A stretch of DNA of 64,000 bases from Myxococcota bacterium (GCA_965250285.1 OZ252299.1:3968001-4032000), one strand, 5' to 3'. Shown: positions 1 through 9,550, counted from the first letter of the stretch. A program made the numbers and translations. Notes: generated from the sequence alone by a model not told the origin.

Positions 1-398
1 GAAAGATGGACGAGGTCGGGTCGAGAGTCTTTCGACGGGGCGAGATCGACCACAGCGTCGCAGACGGCGACGCGATCTTCTGGATGCAACACCCGAGCGA
101 AGGCTCGATTCGATTCACGTGCCCCACCGAGTCGGCGCTCGTGCAGCGCGACTTCGCGATGGAGCGCACGCACTACGGCCGACTGCACGAAGAGCCGTCG
201 CGCTGCACCCTCGAGCTCGAGATCGACTCGATGGTCACGAGCCCCGGGCAGGGCCGGCTCGTGCTCGAGGGCGAGATCGCGCGCGAGTGCGAACCGCTGA
301 AGCTCGCCGATCGGCCGATCGTCTCGATCTGGATCGAAGAGATGCACTTCGCCATGCAGAAGCCGCTCGGGCTGCCGGCCACGCCGCCGACCGCATGA
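1..398 (+). CDS. Hypothetical protein, 5'-truncated by the window edge (possibly acetoacetate-decarboxylase-like fold)
   Basis: Open frame from the window start to TGA at 396-398, with protein-like composition. Family guess rests on weak C-terminal resemblance only. Confidence 0.5.
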   Translation, partial: KMDEVGSRVFRRGEIDHSVADGDAIFWMQHPSEGSIRFTCPTESALVQRDFAMERTHYGRLHEEPSRCTLELEIDSMVTSPGQGRLVLEGEIARECEPLKLADRPIVSIWIEEMHFAMQKPLGLPATPPTA

Positions 399-416
399 GC
401 TCGCACCTAGGCCGGG

Positions 417-1268
417 CTACTTCGAGTCGGGCCCGCCCTCGCGCCCGCGATAGTCGCCGAACTTCTCGTCGCGCTTGCTGAGCGCCTTCTTGTGGTCTTG
501 CGCCATCTCCTTGAGATAGGCGCGGGCCGAGGGCTGATGAAACGCGAGCGCCTGCATCTCGGTGCCGGCGCGGATCGCCGCGCGCGTACCCATGATCTCC
601 ATCGCGCGGTGCACCGTGCGCTTGTTGAGCTGCTGCAGATCGCTGGGAATCTTCGCGATGCGCTCGGCCTTGTCGAGCACGGCCTCGTCGAGCTCGTCGC
701 GCGGAAACGCACGGTTCGCGAGGCCCATCTGCACGGCCTCGACGCCGCTGATCGAGTCACCGGTCAGCATCATCTCCATGGCGTTTCGCATTCCGGCGAG
801 CCAGGGAAAGAACTGGTTGTCGGGCGGGCTCATGAGCCGCACCGGCGGGTACCCGATCTGCGCATCTTCGGCGACGTAGGCGAGGTCGCACGCCGACATC
901 AACTCGGTGCCGCCCGCGAGGCAGTAGCCGTGCACCTGGGCGACGACCGGCTTCGCGAGATCCCAGATCTTGAACGCCCCTTCGACGACATGCCGCGGCC
1001 AGAAGCCGTCGCCCATGGCCGTATCGAAGGGCATGTGGGCGGCCGGGTTCTGGGTGAGGTCGTAGCCAGCCGAGAAGCTCTCGCCCGCGCCGCGCAGAAT
1101 GCTCACGCGCACGTTCGGATCGGCGTCGGCCTGCTGCAGCGCGTCGAGGTACTCGCCGCGCAGCCGATTGCTCAGCGCGTTGCGCTTGTCGGGGCGATTC
1201 AGCGTGATGCGCCGCACGCCGCGGCGCGGATCCTCCACCACGATGTGTTCGTATTCGGTCGTCGTCAT
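417..1268 (-). CDS. Enoyl-CoA hydratase/isomerase (crotonase) family protein
   Basis: ITLNRPDKRNAL, FSAGYDL, KPVVAQVHGYCLAGGTEL motifs. Confidence 0.93.
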   Translation of the reverse strand: MTTTEYEHIVVEDPRRGVRRITLNRPDKRNALSNRLRGEYLDALQQADADPNVRVSILRGAGESFSAGYDLTQNPAAHMPFDTAMGDGFWPRHVVEGAFKIWDLAKPVVAQVHGYCLAGGTELMSACDLAYVAEDAQIGYPPVRLMSPPDNQFFPWLAGMRNAMEMMLTGDSISGVEAVQMGLANRAFPRDELDEAVLDKAERIAKIPSDLQQLNKRTVHRAMEIMGTRAAIRAGTEMQALAFHQPSARAYLKEMAQDHKKALSKRDEKFGDYRGREGGPDSK

Positions 1269-1398
1269 GGGTCCATCCGGTGTACGGGTTTCGGGTCAGT
1301 ATATGTCGCATCCGCAGGGGCCCTCCATCCAGGATGCGCGTGGCGTTGTGTCAGAGACGGGCGTCATCGACGCGTGGCGGATCGGGTACGATTCGACC

Positions 1399-2319
1399 AT
1401 GCGCGCTGCTCCGCTCCGAGACATCACCCGCGACGAGATCGAGCGCTTCGACCGCGACGGCGCGGTGCTGCTGAAGTCGATCCTGCCCGAAGCCTGGGTG
1501 CGCGTGCTCGAAGAGGGGCTCGACGACGCAATCGCCCACCCGACGCCGCTGTCGTCGGGCGTCGGCACCGACCTGCGCACCGATCAGTTTCCGGCGAGTC
1601 ACTCGAAGGGGCTGGCGCGCATCGTCGAAGAGTCACCGGTCGCCGAGATCGTCGGCCGCTGCCTCGAGAGCTCGGTTCGTTTCTACATGGATCAGATGTT
1701 CGCGAAGCGGGCCGGCCCCATCTCGGCGACGCCGTGGCATCAGGACACCTGCTACTACAACCTCGATGGCCACGATCTGATCCGCGCCTGGATCTCCCCC
1801 GACCCGATCCCGCGCGAAGCGAGCATCGAGATCGTGCGCGGCTCGCACCACTGGAACGTGACGTACAGGCCACTCGCGGGGCGCGACCCCGATCACGACG
1901 CCGAAGCGCGCGCGCAGCAAGAGCGCGCCTCGGATGCCACGCCGATGATCGGTGCCGACGCGCACAAACAGTGGACCTACTTCGACGGCGTTCGCGACAT
2001 GACGCTGCCGCCCGTGCCCGACATCGAGGGCCGGCGTGCGTCGTTCGACGTGCTCGGCTGGGCCTACGAGCCGGGCGACGTGCTGCTCTTTCACGGACAC
2101 ATCCTGCACGGTGCGGCCGGTGGGGCCGAGCTGCCGAACCCGCGCCGCGCACACGCTTCGCTCTGGGCCGGCGACGACGTGCGCTACCTGCACCGCAAGG
2201 GCCAGGTCGTCCCCGATCCCGAAGCGCTCTACGCGTTCGAGCCGAAGTCGGGGCAACCGCTCTCCGACTTTCCTTCGGTGTTCCCCGTTGCGTGGGCGCC
2301 CGAAGCCCGGCGCGGCTAG
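1399..2319 (+). CDS. Phytanoyl-CoA dioxygenase (PhyH) family Fe(II)/2OG dioxygenase
   Basis: TPWHQD (HxD) and distal GDVLLFHGHILHG motifs. ATG at 1399 follows a TACGAT box. Confidence 0.88.
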   Translation: MRAAPLRDITRDEIERFDRDGAVLLKSILPEAWVRVLEEGLDDAIAHPTPLSSGVGTDLRTDQFPASHSKGLARIVEESPVAEIVGRCLESSVRFYMDQMFAKRAGPISATPWHQDTCYYNLDGHDLIRAWISPDPIPREASIEIVRGSHHWNVTYRPLAGRDPDHDAEARAQQERASDATPMIGADAHKQWTYFDGVRDMTLPPVPDIEGRRASFDVLGWAYEPGDVLLFHGHILHGAAGGAELPNPRRAHASLWAGDDVRYLHRKGQVVPDPEALYAFEPKSGQPLSDFPSVFPVAWAPEARRG

Positions 2320-2351
2320 GCGCACCCGGGCATTCGGGCATTCGGCGCGCG

Positions 2352-2759
2352 TCAGCTCGCGTCGCGCATCGTGGCGAAGGTCTCGGCGTCCATGATGCCG
2401 GCGATCGACCCGTCGGGCGCGAACATGGCCATCGGCCCCTCCGACGCGAACAGGTAGATCGTCTCTTCGGGGAACTCGGTGCGCTCGTGCACCGCGCCCA
2501 TGGGTTCGCGGGCGAAGCAGCCTGCCGTCGCGACCCCGCCGCGGTACTCGATGCGCCCCGAGAGCACGAAGAAGTCGGCGGCCGAGAGATGCTTGTGCGG
2601 CGGCGCATGGGTGCCCGCTTCCTGTTTGAAGAGCACCGTCCACGCCCCGGTCTCGGCGCAGGTCCGCAGAATCTTGCCCCAGGCGCCCTCCCCCATCGGG
2701 ATCCAGGGCAGATGCTCGGTGTCGATCACGAGTTCGGTGGGCTCGAACGCCACGCTCAT
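2352..2759 (-). CDS. Cupin-domain protein (ChrR-like / 2,4'-dihydroxyacetophenone dioxygenase-like)
   Basis: PPHKH...VLSGRIEY...EPMGAVH cupin motifs. Overlaps the stop of the upstream CoA-transferase by 4 bp. Confidence 0.8.
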   Translation of the reverse strand: MSVAFEPTELVIDTEHLPWIPMGEGAWGKILRTCAETGAWTVLFKQEAGTHAPPHKHLSAADFFVLSGRIEYRGGVATAGCFAREPMGAVHERTEFPEETIYLFASEGPMAMFAPDGSIAGIMDAETFATMRDAS

Positions 2760-3982
2760 TCTCCTCGGTCGGATGCCTCGGGCTCGACGCCATCGACGAT
2801 GCCCGCCCCACGCAGCCGCGCGCGACCGGCCGCGTCGTAGCCGAGCTGGTCGAGGATCTCGTCGGTGTGTTCGCCGTGCAGAGGGGCCGTTGCGCCCGCG
2901 GCTTGCGGGGTCTTGTCGAAGCGAGCGGCCGGTCGCGCGCCGCGCATGCGCCCGGCCGTCGGATGATCGCGCTCGTAGATCGCTTCGTTGTGCACGATCT
3001 GCGGGTCTTCGAAGATCTGCTCGAGGTCGAGCACCGGCGCGGCCGGGACGCCTTCGGCCGAGAGTCGCTCGACGAGCTTCGCCGTGGGCTGGGCCGCGAA
3101 CTCCTGTACGAGCATCTCACCGATCGCCGCACGGTTCTCGGGGCGCGTGACCTCGCGCAGCGTCGAGAAGCGCTCGTCCTCGAGCCACTCTTCGCGGCCG
3201 AGCGCACGGTAGAGCCCGTGATACTCGACCTCACTCGCGACGAAGTACATCATGTGGCCATCGGCGGTCTCGGTCAGGTGATACGACTCGTAGAGCGTCG
3301 GACCGGGCCGGCGCACGTCGTCGCCGACCATCGTGTGCCGCATCATGCCATCGGGCCAGAAGAACGCGAGCGATGCGTCGAGCATCGGGACGCGGATGTG
3401 CTGCCCGCCCGCGCCGCGCTCGCGGGCGAAGAGGGCCGCCGTGATCGCCTGGGCCGCGGTGTACGCCGACGACTTGTCGCTGACCACGTTGCGCACCAGA
3501 TCACGAATCGGCACCTCGGGGTTCAGCTGGACGGCGACATGCCCCGTCAGCGATTGGATGATCGGGTCGTAGACGCGCCGATCGCTGTAGGGCCCGGTGT
3601 CGCCGTAGCCGCTGATCGAGCAGTAGACGAGACCCGGATTGATCTCGCGCAGCGCCGGCTCGCCGAGCCCCAGGCGCTCGGCCGCGCCCGGCCGCCAGTT
3701 CTGCACGAAGACGTCGGCCTCGCGCACCAGCTGCTTCACGATCTCGACGCCCTCTTCTTGCAGCAGGTCGATGGCGATCGCGCGCTTGCCGCGATTGTTG
3801 TTCGCGAAGAACGCGGTCAGGCCGCCGCGGCGGAACGCACCGAGCCGCAACAGATCGCCGTCGCCGGTCGGCTCGACGCGCACGACATCGGCCCCCTGAT
3901 CGGCGAGCATCATGGTCGCGAGCGGCCCCGATACGACCGCCGATACGTCGACGACCTTGATCCCTGCGAGCGGTCCCGGCAT
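2756..3982 (-). CDS. Class III CoA-transferase (CaiB/BaiF family)
   Basis: PLAGIKVVD, LADQGADVVRVEP, NRGKR, QNWRPG, SISGYG motifs; catalytic Asp in VSDK. Confidence 0.93.
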   Translation of the reverse strand: MPGPLAGIKVVDVSAVVSGPLATMMLADQGADVVRVEPTGDGDLLRLGAFRRGGLTAFFANNNRGKRAIAIDLLQEEGVEIVKQLVREADVFVQNWRPGAAERLGLGEPALREINPGLVYCSISGYGDTGPYSDRRVYDPIIQSLTGHVAVQLNPEVPIRDLVRNVVSDKSSAYTAAQAITAALFARERGAGGQHIRVPMLDASLAFFWPDGMMRHTMVGDDVRRPGPTLYESYHLTETADGHMMYFVASEVEYHGLYRALGREEWLEDERFSTLREVTRPENRAAIGEMLVQEFAAQPTAKLVERLSAEGVPAAPVLDLEQIFEDPQIVHNEAIYERDHPTAGRMRGARPAARFDKTPQAAGATAPLHGEHTDEILDQLGYDAAGRARLRGAGIVDGVEPEASDRGE

Positions 3983-4104
3983 GGCGCTCCTCCCGTCAGG
4001 GCGAGTGTCGGCCGGCGGCGGCCCGCTTGTCCACACGAATCGCGCGACCTTGGCCGCGCCCCGTGCTGGTTGTCGACCGGCCGGTGGAGTGGCAGCCTTT
4101 CGGC

Positions 4105-5322
4105 ATGGCTGCCCCCCTCGACGGAATCAAGGTGGTCGAGGTCGCGAGCTTCGTCGCGGCCCCGGCCTGCGGTGCCCTCCTCGCCGACCTCGGCGCCGAA
4201 GTCGTGAAGGTCGAGGTGCCCTGGGGCGAGATCTATCGCCACAGCGTGCCGCGACTCGCCGGCTACACGAGCGACTTCGCTGGCGCACCGCACTTTCAGA
4301 TGGACAACCGCGGCAAGAAGTCGCTCGCGCTCGATCTCGCCCTGCCGCAGGCGGTCGAGGTGCTCGCCCGACTGGTCGAGAGCGCCGACGTGCTGCTCAC
4401 GAACATGCTGCCCGAGCGTCAGGCGAAGTACGGCATCGACCCCGAGACGCTGTTGGCGAGGCACCCCCACCTCGTGATCGCCCGGCTGTCGGGCTTCGGC
4501 CCCGAAGGCGACGAGGCGAACGCGCCCGCCTTCGACTACTCGAGCTACTGGGCGCGCACCGGCCTGATGGATCAGCTGCACGAGCCCGGTGCACCGCCGG
4601 CGTTTCAGCGGCCCGGCATGGGCGATCACTCGGCGAGCCTCTCGCTCGCCGTCGGCATCCTGTCTGCGCTGCGCATGCGCGACCGCGAGGGGCCGACGTC
4701 GGGCGCCGGGCAGGTGATCGACGTGAATCTCCAGCACATCGGGCTCTACATCGAGGGCAACGACGCGGCGATGACGCTCGTGACCGGTGAATCCCCGCCG
4801 CGCCACGATCGGCGTCAGGCCCGCAACCCGCTCTGGAATCACTATCGCTGCGCGGACGACCGCTGGCTCTTCCTGGTGATGATCGAGTCGGATCGCTACT
4901 GGAAGGCGTTCACCGAAGCGATCGATCAGCCGGCGCTGGCCGACGACGAGCGCTTCGCGAGCGCGGTGCCGCGGTTCAAGCACTCGAAGGCGCTCATCGA
5001 GGCGCTCGATGCGGTGTTCGCCACGCGGAGCCTCGACGACTGGACGAAGGCCTTCGAGGGGCGACGTCTCATCTGGGCGCCGGTGCGCACGGTGGCCGAG
5101 GCGGTGCAAGACCCGCAGGCCATCGCGAACGGCAGCTTCCCGACCGTCGAGCACCCCGAGTGGGGCGCCTTCAAGACGATCGCACCGCCGCTGTCGATGA
5201 GCGGGCACGCCATGACCGGCACGTCGCCCGCACCGGGTCTCGGGGCCGACACGCTCGAGGTGCTGACCGAGGCCGGCATCGACGACGAGACGATCGCGCT
5301 GATCCTGGCCGCCGCAGGCTGA
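4105..5322 (+). CDS. Class III CoA-transferase (CaiB/BaiF family)
   Basis: PLDGIKVVE, LADLGAEVVKVE, NRGKKS motifs; catalytic Asp in GMGDH. Confidence 0.93.
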   Translation: MAAPLDGIKVVEVASFVAAPACGALLADLGAEVVKVEVPWGEIYRHSVPRLAGYTSDFAGAPHFQMDNRGKKSLALDLALPQAVEVLARLVESADVLLTNMLPERQAKYGIDPETLLARHPHLVIARLSGFGPEGDEANAPAFDYSSYWARTGLMDQLHEPGAPPAFQRPGMGDHSASLSLAVGILSALRMRDREGPTSGAGQVIDVNLQHIGLYIEGNDAAMTLVTGESPPRHDRRQARNPLWNHYRCADDRWLFLVMIESDRYWKAFTEAIDQPALADDERFASAVPRFKHSKALIEALDAVFATRSLDDWTKAFEGRRLIWAPVRTVAEAVQDPQAIANGSFPTVEHPEWGAFKTIAPPLSMSGHAMTGTSPAPGLGADTLEVLTEAGIDDETIALILAAAG

Positions 5323-5337
5323 GCGGGGAGCGACGCC

Positions 5338-7950
5338 CTACCAGTTGAGCCCGAGTCGCACGCCCCAGGTGCGCGGCGCCTGGAACGAGTCGAGGATCGG
5401 GTTGCCGACCAGATACGAGCTCAGGGTCTTCTGCGCGATCACGTCCTGATCGGTCACGTTGTTGACGAAGCCCTCGAGCGACAGGCGCCGGTCGTTGCTG
5501 CGCCAGGTGAGCGTGAAGTCGAGCAGACCGTACGCGGGCTGGAGATCGGTCGCCGGGTCGTTGACCGCGCGAAAGAACGAGTCGTCCGAGTAGAAGTAGC
5601 GCACAAAGGGCATGATCGAGCCATAGCGCCCGAGGGTCTGCTCGTAGGCGGCTGTGATCGTGAACGTATAGAGCGGTGCGCGCGGAAGCTCGTTGCCCGT
5701 CCAGTCCTGCGGATCGAAGTCGGGGCTGAACGGGTTGCAGGTATCGGGCTCCTCGACGAGACACCCGTTCTCGAAGTCGGTGAACTCGCTCCACGTCAGA
5801 CCGAAGTTGAAGGTCATCAGGAACGTGTCGATCGACAAGTCGGGAATGTCGAGATCGGCCAGCGGGGTGAAAACAGCTTCGAATTCAAAGCCGGTCGCCA
5901 CCGCCGAGTTCGCGTTCTGGGTGACCAGGGCCGTCCCGACGAGCGTCGACACCTGGATGTCGTCCCACAGGTACGCGAAGCCGGTCAGGTTCGCCTGCAG
6001 CTTGTCGTCGAGGAAGCGGTTCCGGCTGCCGATCTCGAACGCGTTGATGCGCTCGGGTTTCGTATCGGGCTGGGGGACCACTTCGCAGCCAGGAGCGCCG
6101 CGCAAGAGCTCGACGGTACCCGGCTTGAAGCCCGAGTGGTATGAGACGTACGCCATGTTCTCATCGGTGTAGCGCCACTCGGCACCGAGCCGACCGATGA
6201 AGCTACCCCAATCGCCGTCGCCCCCGTCGTCGATCGGGATACCGACGCAACTCGGCGGAAGGATGTTGGACGGGAAGTAGGCGTCCGACCCCGTCGTCAC
6301 GAGCGAGCGCGAGCTCCAGTCGTGGCTGTATCGCAGCCCACCGAAGATCGTGACGTCGTCCCAGAGATTCCAGCGTGCGTTGCCGAAGAGCGCAGCCGAG
6401 TGGTTGCGACTGGCCGACCTGGAGGCCGCAGCCGGATACCCTTCATCTGCGTCGCCCGCCGCGACGAAGAAGAGCAGGCCGTTTGCTGCTTCATCCGTCG
6501 AAAGCTGGAAGGCGGTGTTCGTATCGGTCGTCACGTCGTTCTGACTGCCGAAGTAGAACGCACCGACCAGCCACTCGAGCGACATCCCATCGATCGGCAA
6601 CGGCGACTCCGCTTCGAAGCTCGCCTCGGCGACCCATTCCGACCGATCGCCCTTGATGTCGGTCGCGATCAGCGGGAATGGCCCCGGAGGTTCTCCAAGT
6701 ACCGGACTCCCGATCGAGGGCGCATTGCTGAAGTCGAGATCACCCTGGCCCGCCTGGTCACTGTACTGATAGCCGCCGAAGATCGTGAACTGTGCGTTCT
6801 CGGTACCGGGGAGGTCGTCGAGCGCGGCAACGAACGTCGAGTTGACCATGATGAAGTTTCGATCGTTCTGCGTGGGCGAATCGAGATAGATCTGCCTCGG
6901 GTCGGTCGGATTGGGCTGCGGCGCATTGTTGTAGATGAAGACGTTGATCGGCTCGCCGTCGACCGGGTTCGTGAGCAACGGCACACCTTGCGGGTACTCG
7001 CCATTGATCTTGAGACCGATTCCGTTCGAACGATCGCGCACATAGGTCGCACGGGTGATCCAATCGATATTGTCATTGGGCTGCACCCGCACCTGACCGC
7101 GGATCGCCATGGTGCGGTCGTCGTCGAGATCGCCGCTCCTCACGTCGCTCGCGAGGTTCTCCATGAAGCCGTAGCGCCGATTGACGATGCCGCTCGCGCG
7201 GATCGCGATCTTGTCGTCGACGATCGGCACGTTGAGCACACCGCGAATGCGACGCTCGTGATAGCTGCCGACCTGGATGTCGCCGAACGCCTCGAAGTCG
7301 AAGCTGGGCGGATTGGTGAGCACGTTGAGAGCGCCGGCGTTTGCATTGCGCCCGTACTCGGTGCCGGTGGGGCCGCGCAGCACCTCGACACCCTCGAGGT
7401 CGAAGAACGCGATGCCCGAGGCGGTGTACGGGTTCTCCTGATAGATGCCGTCGATGTGAAAGGCGGTCGCGCTCGAGCCACCGAGCGACTGAATGCCGCG
7501 AATCGTGAAGCTCGCGGCGCCGATCACCTCGTTGTACTGGAAGTTGGGGATGCTGGGCGCGAGGTCTTCGAAGGTCTGGATGTTGGCCGTATCGAGCTGC
7601 TGCATGTCGAAGGTCGAGACGGCGAGCGGCGTCTCCTGCAGGTTGCCCTGCCGCTTGGTGCCGCGAACGCGCACCTCTTCGATGCTGTCGTCGTCGACGA
7701 GCTGGCCCTCGGGCCCGGGCTCGTCGGGCAGCGGCTCGGCATCGAGCGGTAGCTCTTCTTCGTACTGCTCGGCCGTGTCGAAGTCGAAGTCGTCGCCGGC
7801 GTCTTCGATGACGTCTTCGGCGGCCGAGCTCGCATCGCCTTCGGCGGGTGCTTCGTCTTCCTGCGCCGCGGCCGCGGTCGCGATGGCCAGGGCACAGACC
7901 GCGCCCATTAGAAGAAAGATTCCCCGCCGAATGCGCTCGATCGATGTCAC
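5338..7950 (-). CDS. TonB-dependent outer-membrane receptor
   Basis: Signal peptide (..AIATAAAA/QED), TonB box IEEVRVRG, plug motifs IRGI and VEVLRGPTGTEYGRNA, C-terminal PRTWGVRLGLNW. GTG start chosen from the upstream AAAGGGAAG. Confidence 0.93.
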   Translation of the reverse strand: MTSIERIRRGIFLLMGAVCALAIATAAAAQEDEAPAEGDASSAAEDVIEDAGDDFDFDTAEQYEEELPLDAEPLPDEPGPEGQLVDDDSIEEVRVRGTKRQGNLQETPLAVSTFDMQQLDTANIQTFEDLAPSIPNFQYNEVIGAASFTIRGIQSLGGSSATAFHIDGIYQENPYTASGIAFFDLEGVEVLRGPTGTEYGRNANAGALNVLTNPPSFDFEAFGDIQVGSYHERRIRGVLNVPIVDDKIAIRASGIVNRRYGFMENLASDVRSGDLDDDRTMAIRGQVRVQPNDNIDWITRATYVRDRSNGIGLKINGEYPQGVPLLTNPVDGEPINVFIYNNAPQPNPTDPRQIYLDSPTQNDRNFIMVNSTFVAALDDLPGTENAQFTIFGGYQYSDQAGQGDLDFSNAPSIGSPVLGEPPGPFPLIATDIKGDRSEWVAEASFEAESPLPIDGMSLEWLVGAFYFGSQNDVTTDTNTAFQLSTDEAANGLLFFVAAGDADEGYPAAASRSASRNHSAALFGNARWNLWDDVTIFGGLRYSHDWSSRSLVTTGSDAYFPSNILPPSCVGIPIDDGGDGDWGSFIGRLGAEWRYTDENMAYVSYHSGFKPGTVELLRGAPGCEVVPQPDTKPERINAFEIGSRNRFLDDKLQANLTGFAYLWDDIQVSTLVGTALVTQNANSAVATGFEFEAVFTPLADLDIPDLSIDTFLMTFNFGLTWSEFTDFENGCLVEEPDTCNPFSPDFDPQDWTGNELPRAPLYTFTITAAYEQTLGRYGSIMPFVRYFYSDDSFFRAVNDPATDLQPAYGLLDFTLTWRSNDRRLSLEGFVNNVTDQDVIAQKTLSSYLVGNPILDSFQAPRTWGVRLGLNW

Positions 7951-8149
7951 GAGTGGCTGCTTCCCTTTAGTCGCTTGCCCGCAGGCTCTCGAGCGCATCG
8001 CGCTCGCGCGGGGTGGCTTCGCTGGCTCGTCGATCTGCTTCGTCGACGCTCGAGTCTTCGACCACCACCACTCGTCTCGCATCGTGCGTCATGCACACCT
8101 CGACGACTGCCCGGCCCGCTGCGTCCGAACACGCAGCGCCGCGCCCCAT

Positions 8150-8198
8150 GCAAACATTTTGCTGGAGTCGAAGCCGGCGCCGGTCTAATCTGACCGGC
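8150..8198. promoter_or_regulatory. Two short palindromes upstream of the TBDR (candidate operators)
   Basis: GCAAA-cat-TTTGC at 8150-8162 and GCCGGTC-taatct-GACCGGC at 8179-8198. Confidence 0.35.
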
Positions 8199-8323
8199 AC
8201 CGAACGGGGCGCGTCCTTCGATCCTCGCATCTCAGACGCGGGGTTGTCGAGAGTCAATCGAGCCATCGACGGCGCTCGCGTTCGAACAAAGCCCTGATAC
8301 GGACGTTCGAACCGTCTGCCGCG

Positions 8324-8386
<63 letters not shown>

Positions 8387-8488
8387 GCGTGTGAGTCGCC
8401 CCGGCGTGCTAAACGACCGTTCTCGGCGGCGTGCCCAAGAAGACGGGCGAGATGTGAACGAGGTGTGTTGGAAGTGGAGCAGTCCGGC

Positions 8489-8791
8489 TTGAAAACGACG
8501 ATTCTACGAAGCGCGACGAAGCCTTTCGCAGCACTCGCGGCTGCGACGTGCGTTCTGTTCGCCGGCAGCGCCGCCGCCGAGCCCCAGAACGAAGCCGACC
8601 GAATTGGCGGCATCGTCTATGACGTGGGTGTCCTGCGCACCACGGGCCTGCTCAAGCTGGTGATCGGCTCGGCACTGTGGGTGCCGGCCTACCCCATGTC
8701 GCTCGGCAGCGAGCAGAACCCGCAGGTGACCGAGAGCCTGGTGACCGAGCCCGCCCGCGACACGTTCCAGCGCCCGCTCGGCGACTTCTAG
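8489..8791 (+). CDS. Small secreted or membrane hypothetical protein
   Basis: Signal peptide (AALAAATCVLFAGSAAA/E), a hydrophobic segment, C-terminal TFQRPLGDF. TTG start after GGAG; alternative GTG start at 8465. Confidence 0.7.
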   Translation: MKTTILRSATKPFAALAAATCVLFAGSAAAEPQNEADRIGGIVYDVGVLRTTGLLKLVIGSALWVPAYPMSLGSEQNPQVTESLVTEPARDTFQRPLGDF

Positions 8792-8878
8792 GGCTTCGAA
8801 GCAGGGCGAAGGACTAGGGCTTCGTACTAGGGATTCCAACCAAGCCTTTCGACCAGGCCTTCCAACCAGGGCTTCCAA
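8788..8878 (+). repeat. 13-bp tandem repeat array (7 units, consensus CYAGGGCTTCSAA)
   Basis: ctagggcttcgaa gcagggcgaagga ctagggcttcgta ctagggattccaa ccaagcctttcga ccaggccttccaa ccagggcttccaa. Confidence 0.8.
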
Positions 8879-9022
8879 CCCGACTGTCCATCCACGACGC
8901 GCTTCGACGCATCGCGGCGACGCGCGGCACAGGGCGCGCTGGTGCGTTCGTGCATCTGCCCCGGTGGTTCGGCCGCGCTCGGCGTTCACCCTGTGGGCGA
9001 ATCCGAACGTTCACTTCGCTCG

Positions 9023-9550
9023 TCAGGCGGCGACGACCCGCTCGCGCCACGAACGCGACAGATCCGAGAGCACGGCGGGGTGGGCCATGATCGCCTCCCA
9101 CGTCGCATCGCAACCGACGCGCTTCGCAGCGGCGATGCGGGTCGACACGACCGCTTCGGCCAGCGTCCCGCAGTCGGCCGAGGCGAGGCCCAGATCTTCG
9201 ACCAGGAAGTCACGGAAACGCGCCGGGATCTGCTGCAGCTCGGGCAGCTCTTTCAGCAGCGCCGGGCCGTGTCGCGTGGCGTGCTTGAAGTCGACGTCGC
9301 CCCCATCGTCGATCACACGGTCGAGCAGACCGACCGCTTTCATCGGCACCCCGATCATCACGAAGAGCGCATGCATCGCCTCGCGCGGCGTGGAGAAGCG
9401 CTGGCCGGTGCAGATTTCGATGAAGCGATGCACGCGCACCGAGTCGAGACCATCAGGCAGCTCGAGTCGACCGTCATCGTCGAGACCGATGCCCGCACCG
9501 ACGAAGGCCCCCATCACCTTGTTCACGACTTTGCGCACGACGACGTTCAT
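9023..9550 (-). CDS. Hypothetical protein (175 aa)
   Basis: Protein-like composition, GC3-biased codons, TAGCTT box 8 nt upstream of the ATG; no recognised motif. Confidence 0.65.
   Translation of the reverse strand: MNVVVRKVVNKVMGAFVGAGIGLDDDGRLELPDGLDSVRVHRFIEICTGQRFSTPREAMHALFVMIGVPMKAVGLLDRVIDDGGDVDFKHATRHGPALLKELPELQQIPARFRDFLVEDLGLASADCGTLAEAVVSTRIAAAKRVGCDATWEAIMAHPAVLSDLSRSWRERVVAA

Noticed and set aside
2328..2343. gggcattc x2 mini-duplication between convergent genes
   Set aside because: Too short to distinguish from chance or part of a weak terminator.
7951..8320. Cobalamin or TPP riboswitch, or sigma-54 promoter, upstream of the TBDR
   Set aside because: I could not see a B12-box or TPP core motif. 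The TTTGCA-containing site lacks the -24 GG. An Infernal scan would be needed to exclude this fully.
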